Assembly (NCBI RefSeq): GCF_044704955.1
Contig: NC_091982.1
Location: forward strand, 36,580,001-36,644,000
DNA length: 64,000 nt
Direction: 5' to 3'
From: Pristiophorus japonicus
Taxonomy: Eukaryota
The position numbers were made by a program, and so were the translations under genes. Below are positions 35,599 to 46,400 of this stretch, piece by piece (position 1 is the stretch's first letter; each line of letters opens with the position of its first letter). The notes below the pieces were generated by a model. It was not told where the DNA came from. It worked only from the letters and a program-made list of their open reading frames with translations, and searched no databases.

Positions 35599-37043
35599 CA
35601 TAGGAACATAGAAACATAGAAAATAGGTGCAGGAGTAGGCCATTCGTCCCTTCGAGACTGCACCGCCATTCAATGAGTTCATGGCTGAACATGCAACTCA
35701 GTACCCCATTCCTGCTTTCTTGCCATACCCCTTGATCCCCCTAGTCGTAAGGACTACATCTAACTCCTTTTTGAATATATTTAGTGAATTGGCCTCAACA
35801 ACTTTCTGTGGTAGAGAATTCCACAGGTTCACCACTCTTTGGGTGAAGAAGTTTCTCCTCATCTCGGTCCTAAATGGCTTACCCCTTATCCTTAGACTGT
35901 GACCCCTGGTTCTGGACTTCCCCAACATTGGGAACATTCTTCCTGCATCTAACCTGTCTGAACCCATCAGAATTTTAAATGTTTCTATGAAATCCCCTCT
36001 CATTCTTCTGAACTCCAGTGAATACAATCCCAGTTGATCCAGTCTTTCTTGATATGTCAGTCCCGCCATCCCGGGAATCAGTCTGGTGAACCTTCGCTGT
36101 ACTCCCTCAATAGCAAGAATAGCAAGTTAGGAGACCAAAACTGTACACAATACTCCAGGTGTGGCCTCACCAAGGCCTTGTACAACTGTAGTAACACCTC
36201 CCTGCCCCTGTACTCAAATCCCCTCGCTATGAAGGCCAACATGCCATTTGCTTTCTTAACCGCCTGCTGTACCTGCATGCCAACCTTCAATGACTGATGT
36301 ACCATGACACCCAGGTCTCATTGCACCTCCCCTTTTCCTAATCTGTCACCATTCAGATAATAGTCTGTCTCTCTGTTTTTACCACCAAAGTGGATAACCT
36401 CACATTTATCCACATTATACTTTATCTGCCATGCATTTGCCCACTCACCTAACCTATCCAAATCACTCTGCAGCCTCATAGCATCCTCCTCGCAGCTCAC
36501 ACTGCCACCCAACTTAGTGTCATCCGCAAATTTGGAGATATTACATTTAATCCCCTCGTCTAAATCATTAATGTACAATGTAAACAGCTGGAGCCCCAGC
36601 ACAGAACCTTGCGGTACCCCACTAGTCACTGCCTGCCATTCTGAAAAGTACCCATTTACTCCTACTCTTTGCTTCCTGTCTGCCAACCAGTTCTCAATCC
36701 ACGTCAGCACACTACCCCCAATCCCATGTGCTTTAACTTTGCACATTAATCTCTTGTGTGGGACCTTGTCGAAAGCCTTCTGAAAGTCCAAATACACCAC
36801 ATCAACTGGTTCTCCCTTGTCCACTCTACTGGAAACATCCTCAAAAAATTCCAGAAGATTTGTCAAGCATGATTTCCCTTTCACAAATCCATGCTGACTT
36901 GGACCTATCATGTCACCTCTTTCCAAATGCGCTGCTATGACATCTTTAATAATTGATTCCATCATTTTACCCACTACCGATGTCAGGCTGACCGGTCTAT
37001 AATTCCCTGTTTTCTCTCTCCCTCCTTTTTTAAAAAGTGGGGT
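35599..37043 (-). mobile_element. Young 5'-truncated CR1 inserted in the G-rich array
   Basis: ORFs 35698-36069, 36078-36305 and 36318-36974; (CATAGAAA)n tail at the left edge. Confidence 0.96.
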
Positions 37044-37259
37044 GTGACGGAGTGAGTGACAGGGTGAGTGACGGGGTGAGTGACAGGGTGTGTGAAGTGG
37101 GGTGTGATAGGTGTGTGACGGGCAGAGGGGATGATGGGGTGTGATGGGGTGTGACAGGGGTTGTGAGGGGGGGGAGATGATGGGGGTTGAGTGTGACGGG
37201 GGGTGACGGGGTGGGGGTGTTATTTACATAAGCACATTATGGGCACTTGAAGTGCTGTA

Positions 37260-38408
37260 ACCTATAGGATACGGACCGAGAGCTGGCAAGTGGGATTAGA
37301 CTGGATCATCATCATCATAGGTGGTCCCTCGAACGAGGATGACTTGCTTCCACAAGAGTTCATAGATGTTTCAATGAAGGACCTGATATTCCAGTCCTGA
37401 ACTCCAGTTGAAAGGGTGGAAGAATCCTGTGCGTGGATTTTTTTAACGTGTGGAGACCATTGCACATCAGCCACCACATGGGCCTTTATCCGGTGGCAAG
37501 GGTTAACCAGGATGACTGGAGACCTGCTCTGCTGCACGGACCTAGTGCGCACACATATCGCGGTGTGGGCTGGCCCCTGCTGCCCCTGGGCCCTCGGCTC
37601 TTCTGGGCCCCATACTCTCATTTGCCGTACCTCTGCCACAATCTCTCGCCGCTCCTCCGCCATGATCTCCCACCGCACCTCTGCACCAAACATTCGCCAA
37701 ACCTCCGCCACGCTTACCCACCAAACTTCAGCCACGATCCGTGGCCCTCCCGACCTGCGAGAGAACATCTCCGCAGGTCGCGAAGTATAAGAGCTGGAGC
37801 GGCATACCACTGCAACTTCCAGCACGAGCTGGTCCAGGTATGCGACGGCTTCATGTTGGGCGATTGGGTAATGTCATCAGGACCCAGGTCGCTGTTTGGA
37901 GCATGGGCAGGAACATTGGCGGGGCCCAGGTACAGCAGAGGAGCGGGAAGGTTGTGGCGGAGGTGCAGCGAGTGATTGAGTTGGAGGAGCGTTAAGACTG
38001 GATAACCTCTTGTTGGCTGGCGCAGATATAATGGTAAGTACTTCAGGGAATCTAATACGGCGAGAGTGATCTCCTGGGCTAGTTTCGATCGCCTAGATGG
38101 GTTGGCAGGAATTTTCCGATTTTTTTTCCCCAATTGGCCTGGGTTTTCATCTGTTTTTTTGCCTCTCCCAGGAGATCGCATGGTGTGGAGTGTAAAATGT
38201 TGTGATGCATGGGGTGTGACAGATGTGTGGGGGCGGACTGGTTGGGCTGGGTGCTCTTTACCTGTCCACCATTGTACATTGTTCATAGGTTTATATGTAA
38301 CCTTCAGAGAGCTGCTAACTGAGGGCCGTGTGGCTCTTTGTCGGCTGGCGTGGTCAAGATGGGCTGAAATGGCCTCCTTCTGCGCTGTAAATTTCTATGT
38401 TTCCATGT
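37260..38408 (+). mobile_element. CR1-type 3' end with extended 3'UTR, interrupted by an RTE-derived element
   Basis: GYG..AGKWD* end, terminal gatgggctgaaatggcctccttc and TTTCTATG tail at ~38392. Confidence 0.65.
37307..37994 (-). mobile_element. Non-autonomous RTE-derived element with inverted 5' part and 9-bp TSD
   Basis: Tail catcatcatcatagg..gtccctcgaa..gagga.gacttgcttccac matches the RTE 3' end at 40750-40796; TSD AGACTGGAT at 37298-37306 and 37995-38003; no RT coding sequence. Confidence 0.8.
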
Positions 38409-39779
38409 TATGGGGGAATGACGGCGCTTGACATGGGGGGTGAAGGCACGTGACAGGGGTGGGGTGTGACAGGGCATGTGATGGGCGGGATGATGGAGGG
38501 TGACGGGGCATGATGATGGGGGGGGGTGACGGGGGTGTTAGGATGGGCGTGAGGGTGACGGGATGTGACAGGGGGTTGACGGGGGGCGGGGATGATGGGG
38601 GGGTGATGGGGTGTGTGACGGAGAGTGACGAGGCGTGACGGGGGTGACGGGGGGGATGATGGATAGGGTGATGGGGATTGTGAGAGGAATGGTGAAGGGG
38701 GGGGTTGAAGGGGGGGTTGATGGGTGGGTGATGGGTTTGTAAGGGGGGATGACAGGGTGGACGGGCAAAGGAATGATGGGAGGAGTGTTGGGGTGGGTGT
38801 GACCGGGGGGGGGAGGGGGGGTGAGGGGCTGACGGACGGTTTGATGGGGGTGTGACTGGCGGGTGTGATGAGCGGGAGCGTGATGATGTGTGACGAAGAG
38901 TGACTGGGTGTGACAGGTCGTGATGGGGTGATGGGGTGTGACGAGCTGTGATGGGGGTGACGGGGGAGAGGGGGGGTGACGGTGTGACGGGGGGGGTGAC
39001 GAGGTGTGACGGGGTGTGATGGGTGTGACGAGGGTGATGGGGGTTACGGGGTGTGCTGGGGGGGAGGGGGGGCGACGGGCTCTGAGCAACTAATACTTCA
39101 AGACCAATTCCTTCCTTTGCAAATTCACGATGTGCTTAAATTGAAACTGCACTCAGCAAAAAAAAACAAATGTATATATCTACTCAAATAACATTTGCTT
39201 TATTTACTGCTTTGATGGCATGCAGCTGGCTAGGTTCTGTTGATAACATTTATTTGCCTGACTGTTGTACTTTTGTCAAGGGGCTTGATAGCCAGAGAAA
39301 AATGTAATATGTGATAGCCAATGCCAAATTGAGCTGTTTTAACCGGAGGTCTGACGGCACAATTTACAGATCAGGCAAGGTCAGAGCCGGTCATCACAGT
39401 TATCAAAAACCATCAAGATCTCTTAGTGCCCCTGGCTTCTATGTTAAAAACTTGCTGCAAGCATATGTGTCAGCAGGTTAACCAGAGAATGAATGCTTTT
39501 CAGAGTCTTGGAAAATATTTATAGTTAAAGGCGCTATATAAATGCAAGTTGTTGCTGCCTCAAATAGTTTGCGTATCCCTAAAGAAAGATTTTGGAGACT
39601 TACAAATAATCATAGAGGTGAGCGATTGAGGTTTTCCCAGTATTCTGTGTTGTAGAAGACTATTAAGCCCAATATCTGGACAGTCAGTACAATCATTAGT
39701 ATTTGTTGCTACAACAAAGAACAATACCATTCGATGATATGACACAAAAGTGACTGCAGATCACAAAGGACAAACCATA

Positions 39780-40930
39780 TACAATCAATGTTTTAAAATG
39801 GTGACTGAAATGAGAAAGACATTTGTAACGGTTAGGAATAGGTCAGGATAGCTGCAGCCGAACATCAGGAATTTCATGAAATCTACAATCTGCGGTCCTA
39901 ATCACAATCCCAGGCAGCAGCCCTGAGTGTCCCTGCTTTTTTGTGCAGGTCTGAGTATTCCAAAGCTATGCCAGGCCCTATTTGATGAAGTAGAGTGCCC
40001 TATAGAGTTAGCTGAGGTCGAAAGGCAATAGTGGGCATGCAAGGGGGAAAGTCCCCAGATTTGGCTAGCCATCTGTGAAATCATACGAAAATATTCTGCC
40101 CAAGTTAGGGTTGGTATTACTGAAAAGGGTATAAAAGTACAAAGCTCTCTGATACACTCAGTGGTGCTCTTAGTTCAGTCTTAGCAAACACGAGGAAGGA
40201 TGCCATCCACGACAGCAGCTACAGGCCCATCTTGCTGTTAAATATTGTCAACGATGTCTCCACAAGATCCTACAAATCCCCTGGGAGGACAGACATACCA
40301 ACATTAGCATCCTAGACCAGGCCAACATCTCCAGCGTTGAAGCACTGACCATACTTGATCAGCTTCGCTAGGCGGGCCACATAGTTCGCATGCCAGACAC
40401 GAGACTCCCAAAGCAAGTGCTCTACTCGGAACTCCTTCACGGCAAACAAGCCAAAGGTGAGCAGAGGAAACATTACAAGGACACTCTCAAAGCCTCCCTG
40501 ATATTGCCACTGACACCTGGGAGTCCCTGGCCAAAGACCACCCAAAGTGGAGCAAGTGCATCCGGGAGGGCGCTGAGCACCTCAAGTCTCATTGCCGAGA
40601 GCATGCAGAAATCAAGCGCAGGCAGCGGAAAGAGCGTGCGGCAAACCTGTCCCACCCTCCCTTACCCTCAATGACTCTCTGTCCCACCTGTGACAGGGAC
40701 TGTGGTTCTCGTATTGGACTGTTCAGCCACCTAAGGATTCATTTTAAGAGTGGAAGCAAGTCTTCCTCGATTCCGATGGACTGCCTATGATGATGACAAA
40801 GTACTGGCAAAATACTTGCACAGCTTATGGAATCAGTGTCACATGTTACACATGGTGATCGGACAAGACTTGTAAAAGAGCATTAGTCCTTAGATATACT
40901 GAAGAAACACACACATTATAACAATTAAGG
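39780..40930 (+). mobile_element. Ancient L1/Tx1-type RT relic interrupted by an RTE
   Basis: LSIPKL, SYRPILLLNI before the RTE, then KVLAK, ILA and HGDRT.LVK after it; resembles the YRPISLLN.D.KILAK...H.DQTGFVK pattern. Confidence 0.6.
40249..40796 (+). mobile_element. RTE LINE 3' fragment
   Basis: RCLHKILQIPWED, GHIVRMPDTRLPKQVLYSEL, C-terminal CPTC..H zinc finger, (ATG)n tail. Confidence 0.92.
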
Positions 40931-41034
40931 TCCTCGGCATAGAAGATTATGAAAATCAACTTCTCTTTTGGGGGTGAGGGACCTTAGAGAGCCAAGATGG
41001 GGGACACTGGGCCTGTCCTGGGATAAAGCAAAAC

Positions 41035-41440
41035 TAGGGGTACGTTAGCATACTCATTATGTTACTGGATTAGTAATCCAGAGGCCTCGACTAATTGATC
41101 CGGAGACATGATTTCAAATCGAACCATGGCAGCTGGGGAATTAAAATTCAGTTAATTAAATAAATCTGGAATAAAAAGCGTGTATCAGTAATGGTGAGCA
41201 TGAAATGACTGGATTGTTGTAAAAACCCATCTGGTTCACTAATGTCCTTTAGGGAAGGAAATCTGCCGACCTTACCCAGTCTAGCCTATATGTGACTCTA
41301 GACCCACAGCAATGTGGTTGACTATTAACTGCCCTCTGAAATGGCAGCTCACCACCACCTTCTCAAGGGCAATTAGGGATGGGCAAAAAATGCTGGCTTT
41401 GCCGGTGTCGCCTACATCCCATGAACGAATAAAACAAAAC
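41035..41440 (+). mobile_element. tRNA-derived SINE with LINE-derived tail
   Basis: Collinear with 22005-22408. Confidence 0.82.
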
Positions 41441-43419
41441 ATCTTTATTTATTTTTCACTGCTGCTTTCATTTATATTAGAAGGGTTAATTGGAAAGGAA
41501 TGAGTTCATTGGAATATTTATACCACATTTTATGATGTTGATGTTTTACATGCCTGGGTTGATGTCATCTTATCGTCAGGCTAAATTGTTTGTTATTGTA
41601 GTTTGTGATTCATTATAAATGATTTTTTTAAAAGAAAGTAATAATCATAACTAGGAAAATATATGTTGCATGTGAAATGTGTGTGCAGAAGTATTGTTAG
41701 CAGTGCACCTTCATTTTTGTCACCAGGTCAAGGTGTTTTTTTAATTCCATGGATAGGCAAAGAACACAACATTATGAGAAAGCTACAGCAATGGGAGAAT
41801 CACGTTCTGGCCTTCATTGGCACAGAACTAATTCTTAGAATAAAAGCTGCTGAAGGCACAGAGATATGCGCACAAAAATACAATGCCCATCATCCATGTT
41901 GAAGGGTTTGCAGAATGCCACAAATATCATGCAATGCCTGAGTGCATAGGCACCCATTGTCACCATAATCCCTTTGTTTTCTTATCTTTGCTCCACAGGG
42001 CAACACATACACATCGATGGAGAAGCTAAGAGGGAGAAATATGCATTGTTACTAGCATTGAGCACGAATGGCAGCATAGGTGCCAAGTTGTAGAGAAAAG
42101 GGATAAATCACCGTGATATTAGTGCTACATATCGTGTGGGAGTGGATACAGTGGATTCCTAAACCACAACAGGGGACCAACCATCAATACTTTGGGGATA
42201 AGAACCTTGATGCAAATCCTTTGGAACAAAAGATGCTGGATTTATCATCAAGAAGCGCATATGACACTGAGTTCCATGGAGCAAAATATGTTGGAATGTT
42301 TCACTGATATGCCTTACCGACATGTATAACAAGAGACCAGCTGGTTATCTGCATAGATCAAGGTTCAGTCGAATACATTTTGGCATTCGGAACATGTGGC
42401 TGCAACTGTAGATTCCACAATGTCATGACCCTGAAAGCCTGGACATACCATGAGGCATAGAAACTTGGAACTATTATTTCAGGGGAGGGCTGTGCTAACT
42501 GAAGAATGGCCCTTCAGATCTGCTTCTACAGATGGGGCAAATCAATCAGCACATCCCGATTAGCCTTAACCTTTGCACATGGTGTGTTCTCTGAGAGCCC
42601 GTTAATTTGTCCTGACCCTGCAAGTACTCTCATGTAAGTATTTGATGTCAATAGCAGATAGTCTTCTGTACAATCTTCTTCAGCCCTTTCAGCCTGAAGG
42701 CTCAAATGCTTGTGCACCAAAAAAAACACAAGTCACGATTGTAATATGATTAATTTCTGCTGCAAAAGGTCAAGCTAACTGCGACAGCTCTTTAAAGACT
42801 CATTGAAGAACATGCAGACAATTAATAGCGCAATTTAGAATTTTTTTTTAAAAGTGGAAGGCTACATGAGAAGATCTTCAATTTGTATTTAATTGTCCTG
42901 AAATTGCCCTTGGGATGCTTCTGCACATTAAAGGTGTAAGTTGTTGCTAAAATAGTTCTTTGGCTTTCAAAAATAAGTATTGAATTTTTCAGCACATATT
43001 GTCCAGGAGTGGTAATCTCCAAGTGTGACTAGCTGCAGGTTCCACTACTAGTGTGTTTTTTTGCCTTGGTCTCTGCCAGTTCTAATGCCTGTAACCCCAC
43101 AGCCACTCAGGCACAATTCAAGCGTGCAACGAGATCCCACATCTTCCTTAATCACCCCCAGGAATCGATGTTTTGTGTTTATGCAGTCTGGTTTAATTAG
43201 TGGAGCTTATTTGGTTACATTGCACATGAAAATTTCCCTTCAATTTTCCAGTGCTAATTTCTCAAACGCCCTCCAGTCTCTGGGTATAATTGAAGCGGAG
43301 CTTGCTAAGTGGTATGGTTTAATGCTGAGATCGGATTTAAATTCGGAAATCTAGGTGCAATTGTAAGTGGCAAATAGTTCTTCCAGCATGAATAGTATTT
43401 GCACCACTTCGGTAGAGAT

Positions 43420-43530
43420 AGAAAGACAGAAAATGCTGGAAATACACATGCATGGGCGGAAAAGAAAAAGTAGGGTGTAGACCCCTCATCAGTTGCAATG
43501 TATTTCCAACATTTTCTGTTGCTTTTTGGT
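43420..43530. mobile_element. Decayed Penelope-derived hairpin
   Basis: acagaaaatgctggaaatac pairs with gtatttccaacattttctgt; minus-strand ctgatgaggggtc in the loop. Confidence 0.6.
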
Positions 43531-43680
43531 GGCACATCATTTGAGAGGGAGAGTGCAGCAGGGCAAACAACCGGTGAAAACTGATTTCACACAAATAGTT
43601 AAATCTTCTGCCATTTTGTAGTTCAATGTTCAGTGTTCATTGTTACATGGTTAGACTAGATTCTGCAATTTGGTCGGATA

Positions 43681-46372
43681 CATAAGAACATAAGAAATAG
43701 GAACAGAAGTAGGCCATACGGCCCCTCGAGCCTGCTCCAACATTCAATAAGATCATGGCTGATCTGATCATGGACTCAGCTCCACTTCCTTGCCCGCTCC
43801 CCATAACCTCTTATCTCCTTATCGTTTAAGAAACTGTCTATTTCTGTCTTGCATTTATTCAATGTCCCAGCTTCCACAGCTCTCTGAGGCAGCGAATTCC
43901 ACAGATTTACAACCCTCTGAGAGAAGAAATTTCTCCTCATCTCAGTTTTAAATGGGCGGCCCCTTATTCTAAGATCATGCCCTCTAGTTCTAGTCTCCCC
44001 CATCAGTGGAAACATCCTCTCTGCATCCACCTTGTCAAGCCCCCTCATAATCTTATACGTTTCGATAAGATCACATCTCATTCTTTTGAATTCCAATGAG
44101 TAGAGGCCCAACCTACTTAACCTTCCCTCATAAGCCAACCCCCTCATCCCTGGAATCAACCTAGTGAACCTTCTCTAAACTGCCTCCAAAGCAAGTATAT
44201 CCTTTCGTAAATATGGAAACCAAAGCTGCACGCAGTATTCCAGGTGTGGCCTCACCAATACCTTATATAGCTGTAGCAAGACTTCCCTGCTTTTATACTC
44301 CATACCCTTTGCAACAAAGACCAAGATACCATTGGCCTTCCTGATCACTTGCTGTACCTGCATACTATCCTTTTGCATTTCATGCACAAGTATCCCCAGG
44401 TCCCGCTGTACTGCGGCACTTTGCAATCTTTCTCCATTAAATAATAACTTGCTTTTTGATTTTTTTCTGCCAAAGTGCATGACCTCACACTTTCCAACAT
44501 TATACTCCATCTGCCAATTTTTTGCCCACTCACTTAGCTTGTCTATGTCCTTTTGCAGATTTTTGTGTCCTCCTCACACATTGCAATTCCTCCTATCTTT
44601 GTATCGTCAGCAAACTTGGCTGCGTTACACTCAGTCCCTTCTTCCAAGTCATTAATATAGATTGTAAATAGTTGGGGTCCCAGCACTGATCCCTGCAGTA
44701 CCCCACTAGTTACTGGTTGCCAACCAGAGAATGAACCATTTATCCTGACACCCTGTTTTCTGTTAGTTAACCAATCCTCTATCCATGCTAATATATTACC
44801 CCCAACCCCGTGAACCTTTATCTTGTGCAGTAACCTTTTATGTGGCACCTTGTCAAATGCCTTCTGGAAGTCCAAATATACCACATCCACTGGTTCCCCT
44901 TTATCCACCCTGTTTGTTACATCCTCGAAGAACTCCAGCAAATTTGTCAAACATGACTTCCCCTTCATAAATCCATGTTGACTCTGCCTGACCGAATTTT
45001 GCTTTTCCAAATGTCCTGCTACTGCTTCTTTAATAATAGACTCCAACATTTTCCCAACCACAGATGTTAGGCTAACTGGTCTATAGCTTCCTGCTTTTTG
45101 TCTGCCTCCTTTTTTAAATAGGGGCGTTACATTTGCAGTTTTCCAATCTGCTGGGACTGCCCCAGAATCCAGGGAATTTTGGTAAATTACAACCAATGCA
45201 TCCACTATCCCTGCCACTACTTCTCTTAAGACCTAGGATGCAAGCCATCAGGTCCAGGAGATTTATCTGCCTTTAGTCCCATTATCTTACTGAGTACCAC
45301 CTCCTTAGTGATTGTGATTGTGTTAAGTTCCTCCTCCCCATAGCCCCTTGACTATCCACTGTTGGAATATTGTTAGTATCCTCTACCGTAAAGACTGATA
45401 CAAAATATTTGTTCAGAGTTTCTGCCATCTCCATGTTCCCCATTACTAATTCCCCGGTCTCGTCCTCTAAGGGACCAACATTTACTTTAGCCACGCTTTT
45501 CCTTTTTATATATCTATAGAAACTCTTGCTATCTTGTTTTATATTTTATGCTAGTTTACTTTCATAGTCTATCTTCCCTTTCCTAATCATTTTTTTAGTC
45601 GTTCTTTGTTGGTTTTTAAAAGCTTCCCAGTCTTCTGTTCTCTCACTAGTTTTGGCCACTTTGTATGCCCTTGCTTTTAATTGGATACCGGGTCCTTAAT
45701 TTCCTTGGTTCGCCACGGATGGCTATCTTTTCTCTTACACCCTTTCCTCTTCACTGGAATATATTTTTCTTGAGAGTTGTGAAAATATCTCCTTAAATGT
45801 ATACCAATCTTCATCAACCGTTCTACATGTTAATCTATTTTCCCAGTCCATTTTACCCAACTCTGCCCTCATACCTTCATTGTCTTCTTTAATTAAGCTT
45901 AGTACGCTGGTTAGAGATCCAACTTTCTCACCCTCCATCTGGATTTGAAATTCAATCATGCTATGATCACTCATTCTGAGGGAATCCTTTACTTGGAGAT
46001 TGTTTATTAATCCTGTCTCATTACACAGAACCAGATCTAAGATAGCCTGCCCCCTGGTTGGTTCCGTTACATAATGCTCAAGGAACCCGTCCCTTATGCA
46101 CTCTATGAACTCCTCCTCAAGGCTACCCTGACCAATTTGATTTGTCCAATCAATATAGAGGTTAAAATCACCCATGATTATTGCTGTTCCCTTTTTACAA
46201 ACCCCCCACTATTTCCTGGTTTATGCTCTGGCCAACAGAGTTGCTACTGTTAGGGGGCCTACAGACTACGCCCACCAGTGACTTTTTCCCTTTATTATTC
46301 CTTATCTCCCCTAAACTATTTCAGCACACTTCACCCTTATCATTTGAGCCAATATCGTCTCTTACTATTGCA
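43681..46372 (-). mobile_element. CR1 LINE (subfamily with TTCTTATG tail), truncated within the endonuclease
   Basis: ORFs 43776-46175 carry APE (MGDFN, ILDLVL, SDH) and RT motifs with stops and frameshifts. Confidence 0.95.
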
Positions 46373-46400
46373 GTGCTATACTGTAACATTAGATTGTTAC

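Larger units (their letters stand above)
33615..39078 (+). repeat. G-rich degenerate (GGGGTGTGAC/GATG)n array in three blocks: 33615-35600, 37040-37220, 38410-39078
   Basis: Visible low-complexity repeat with extreme G skew; blocks are separated by TE insertions. Confidence 0.92.

Noticed and set aside
33482-39089. Pro/His/Thr-rich ORFs of 180-260 aa on the minus strand
   Set aside because: Translations of the C-rich strand of the G-rich array, which is naturally poor in stop codons.
42526-42729. 67-aa minus-strand ORF in unique DNA
   Set aside because: No ATG start, no recognisable domain and no convincing splice sites; length is within chance expectation.
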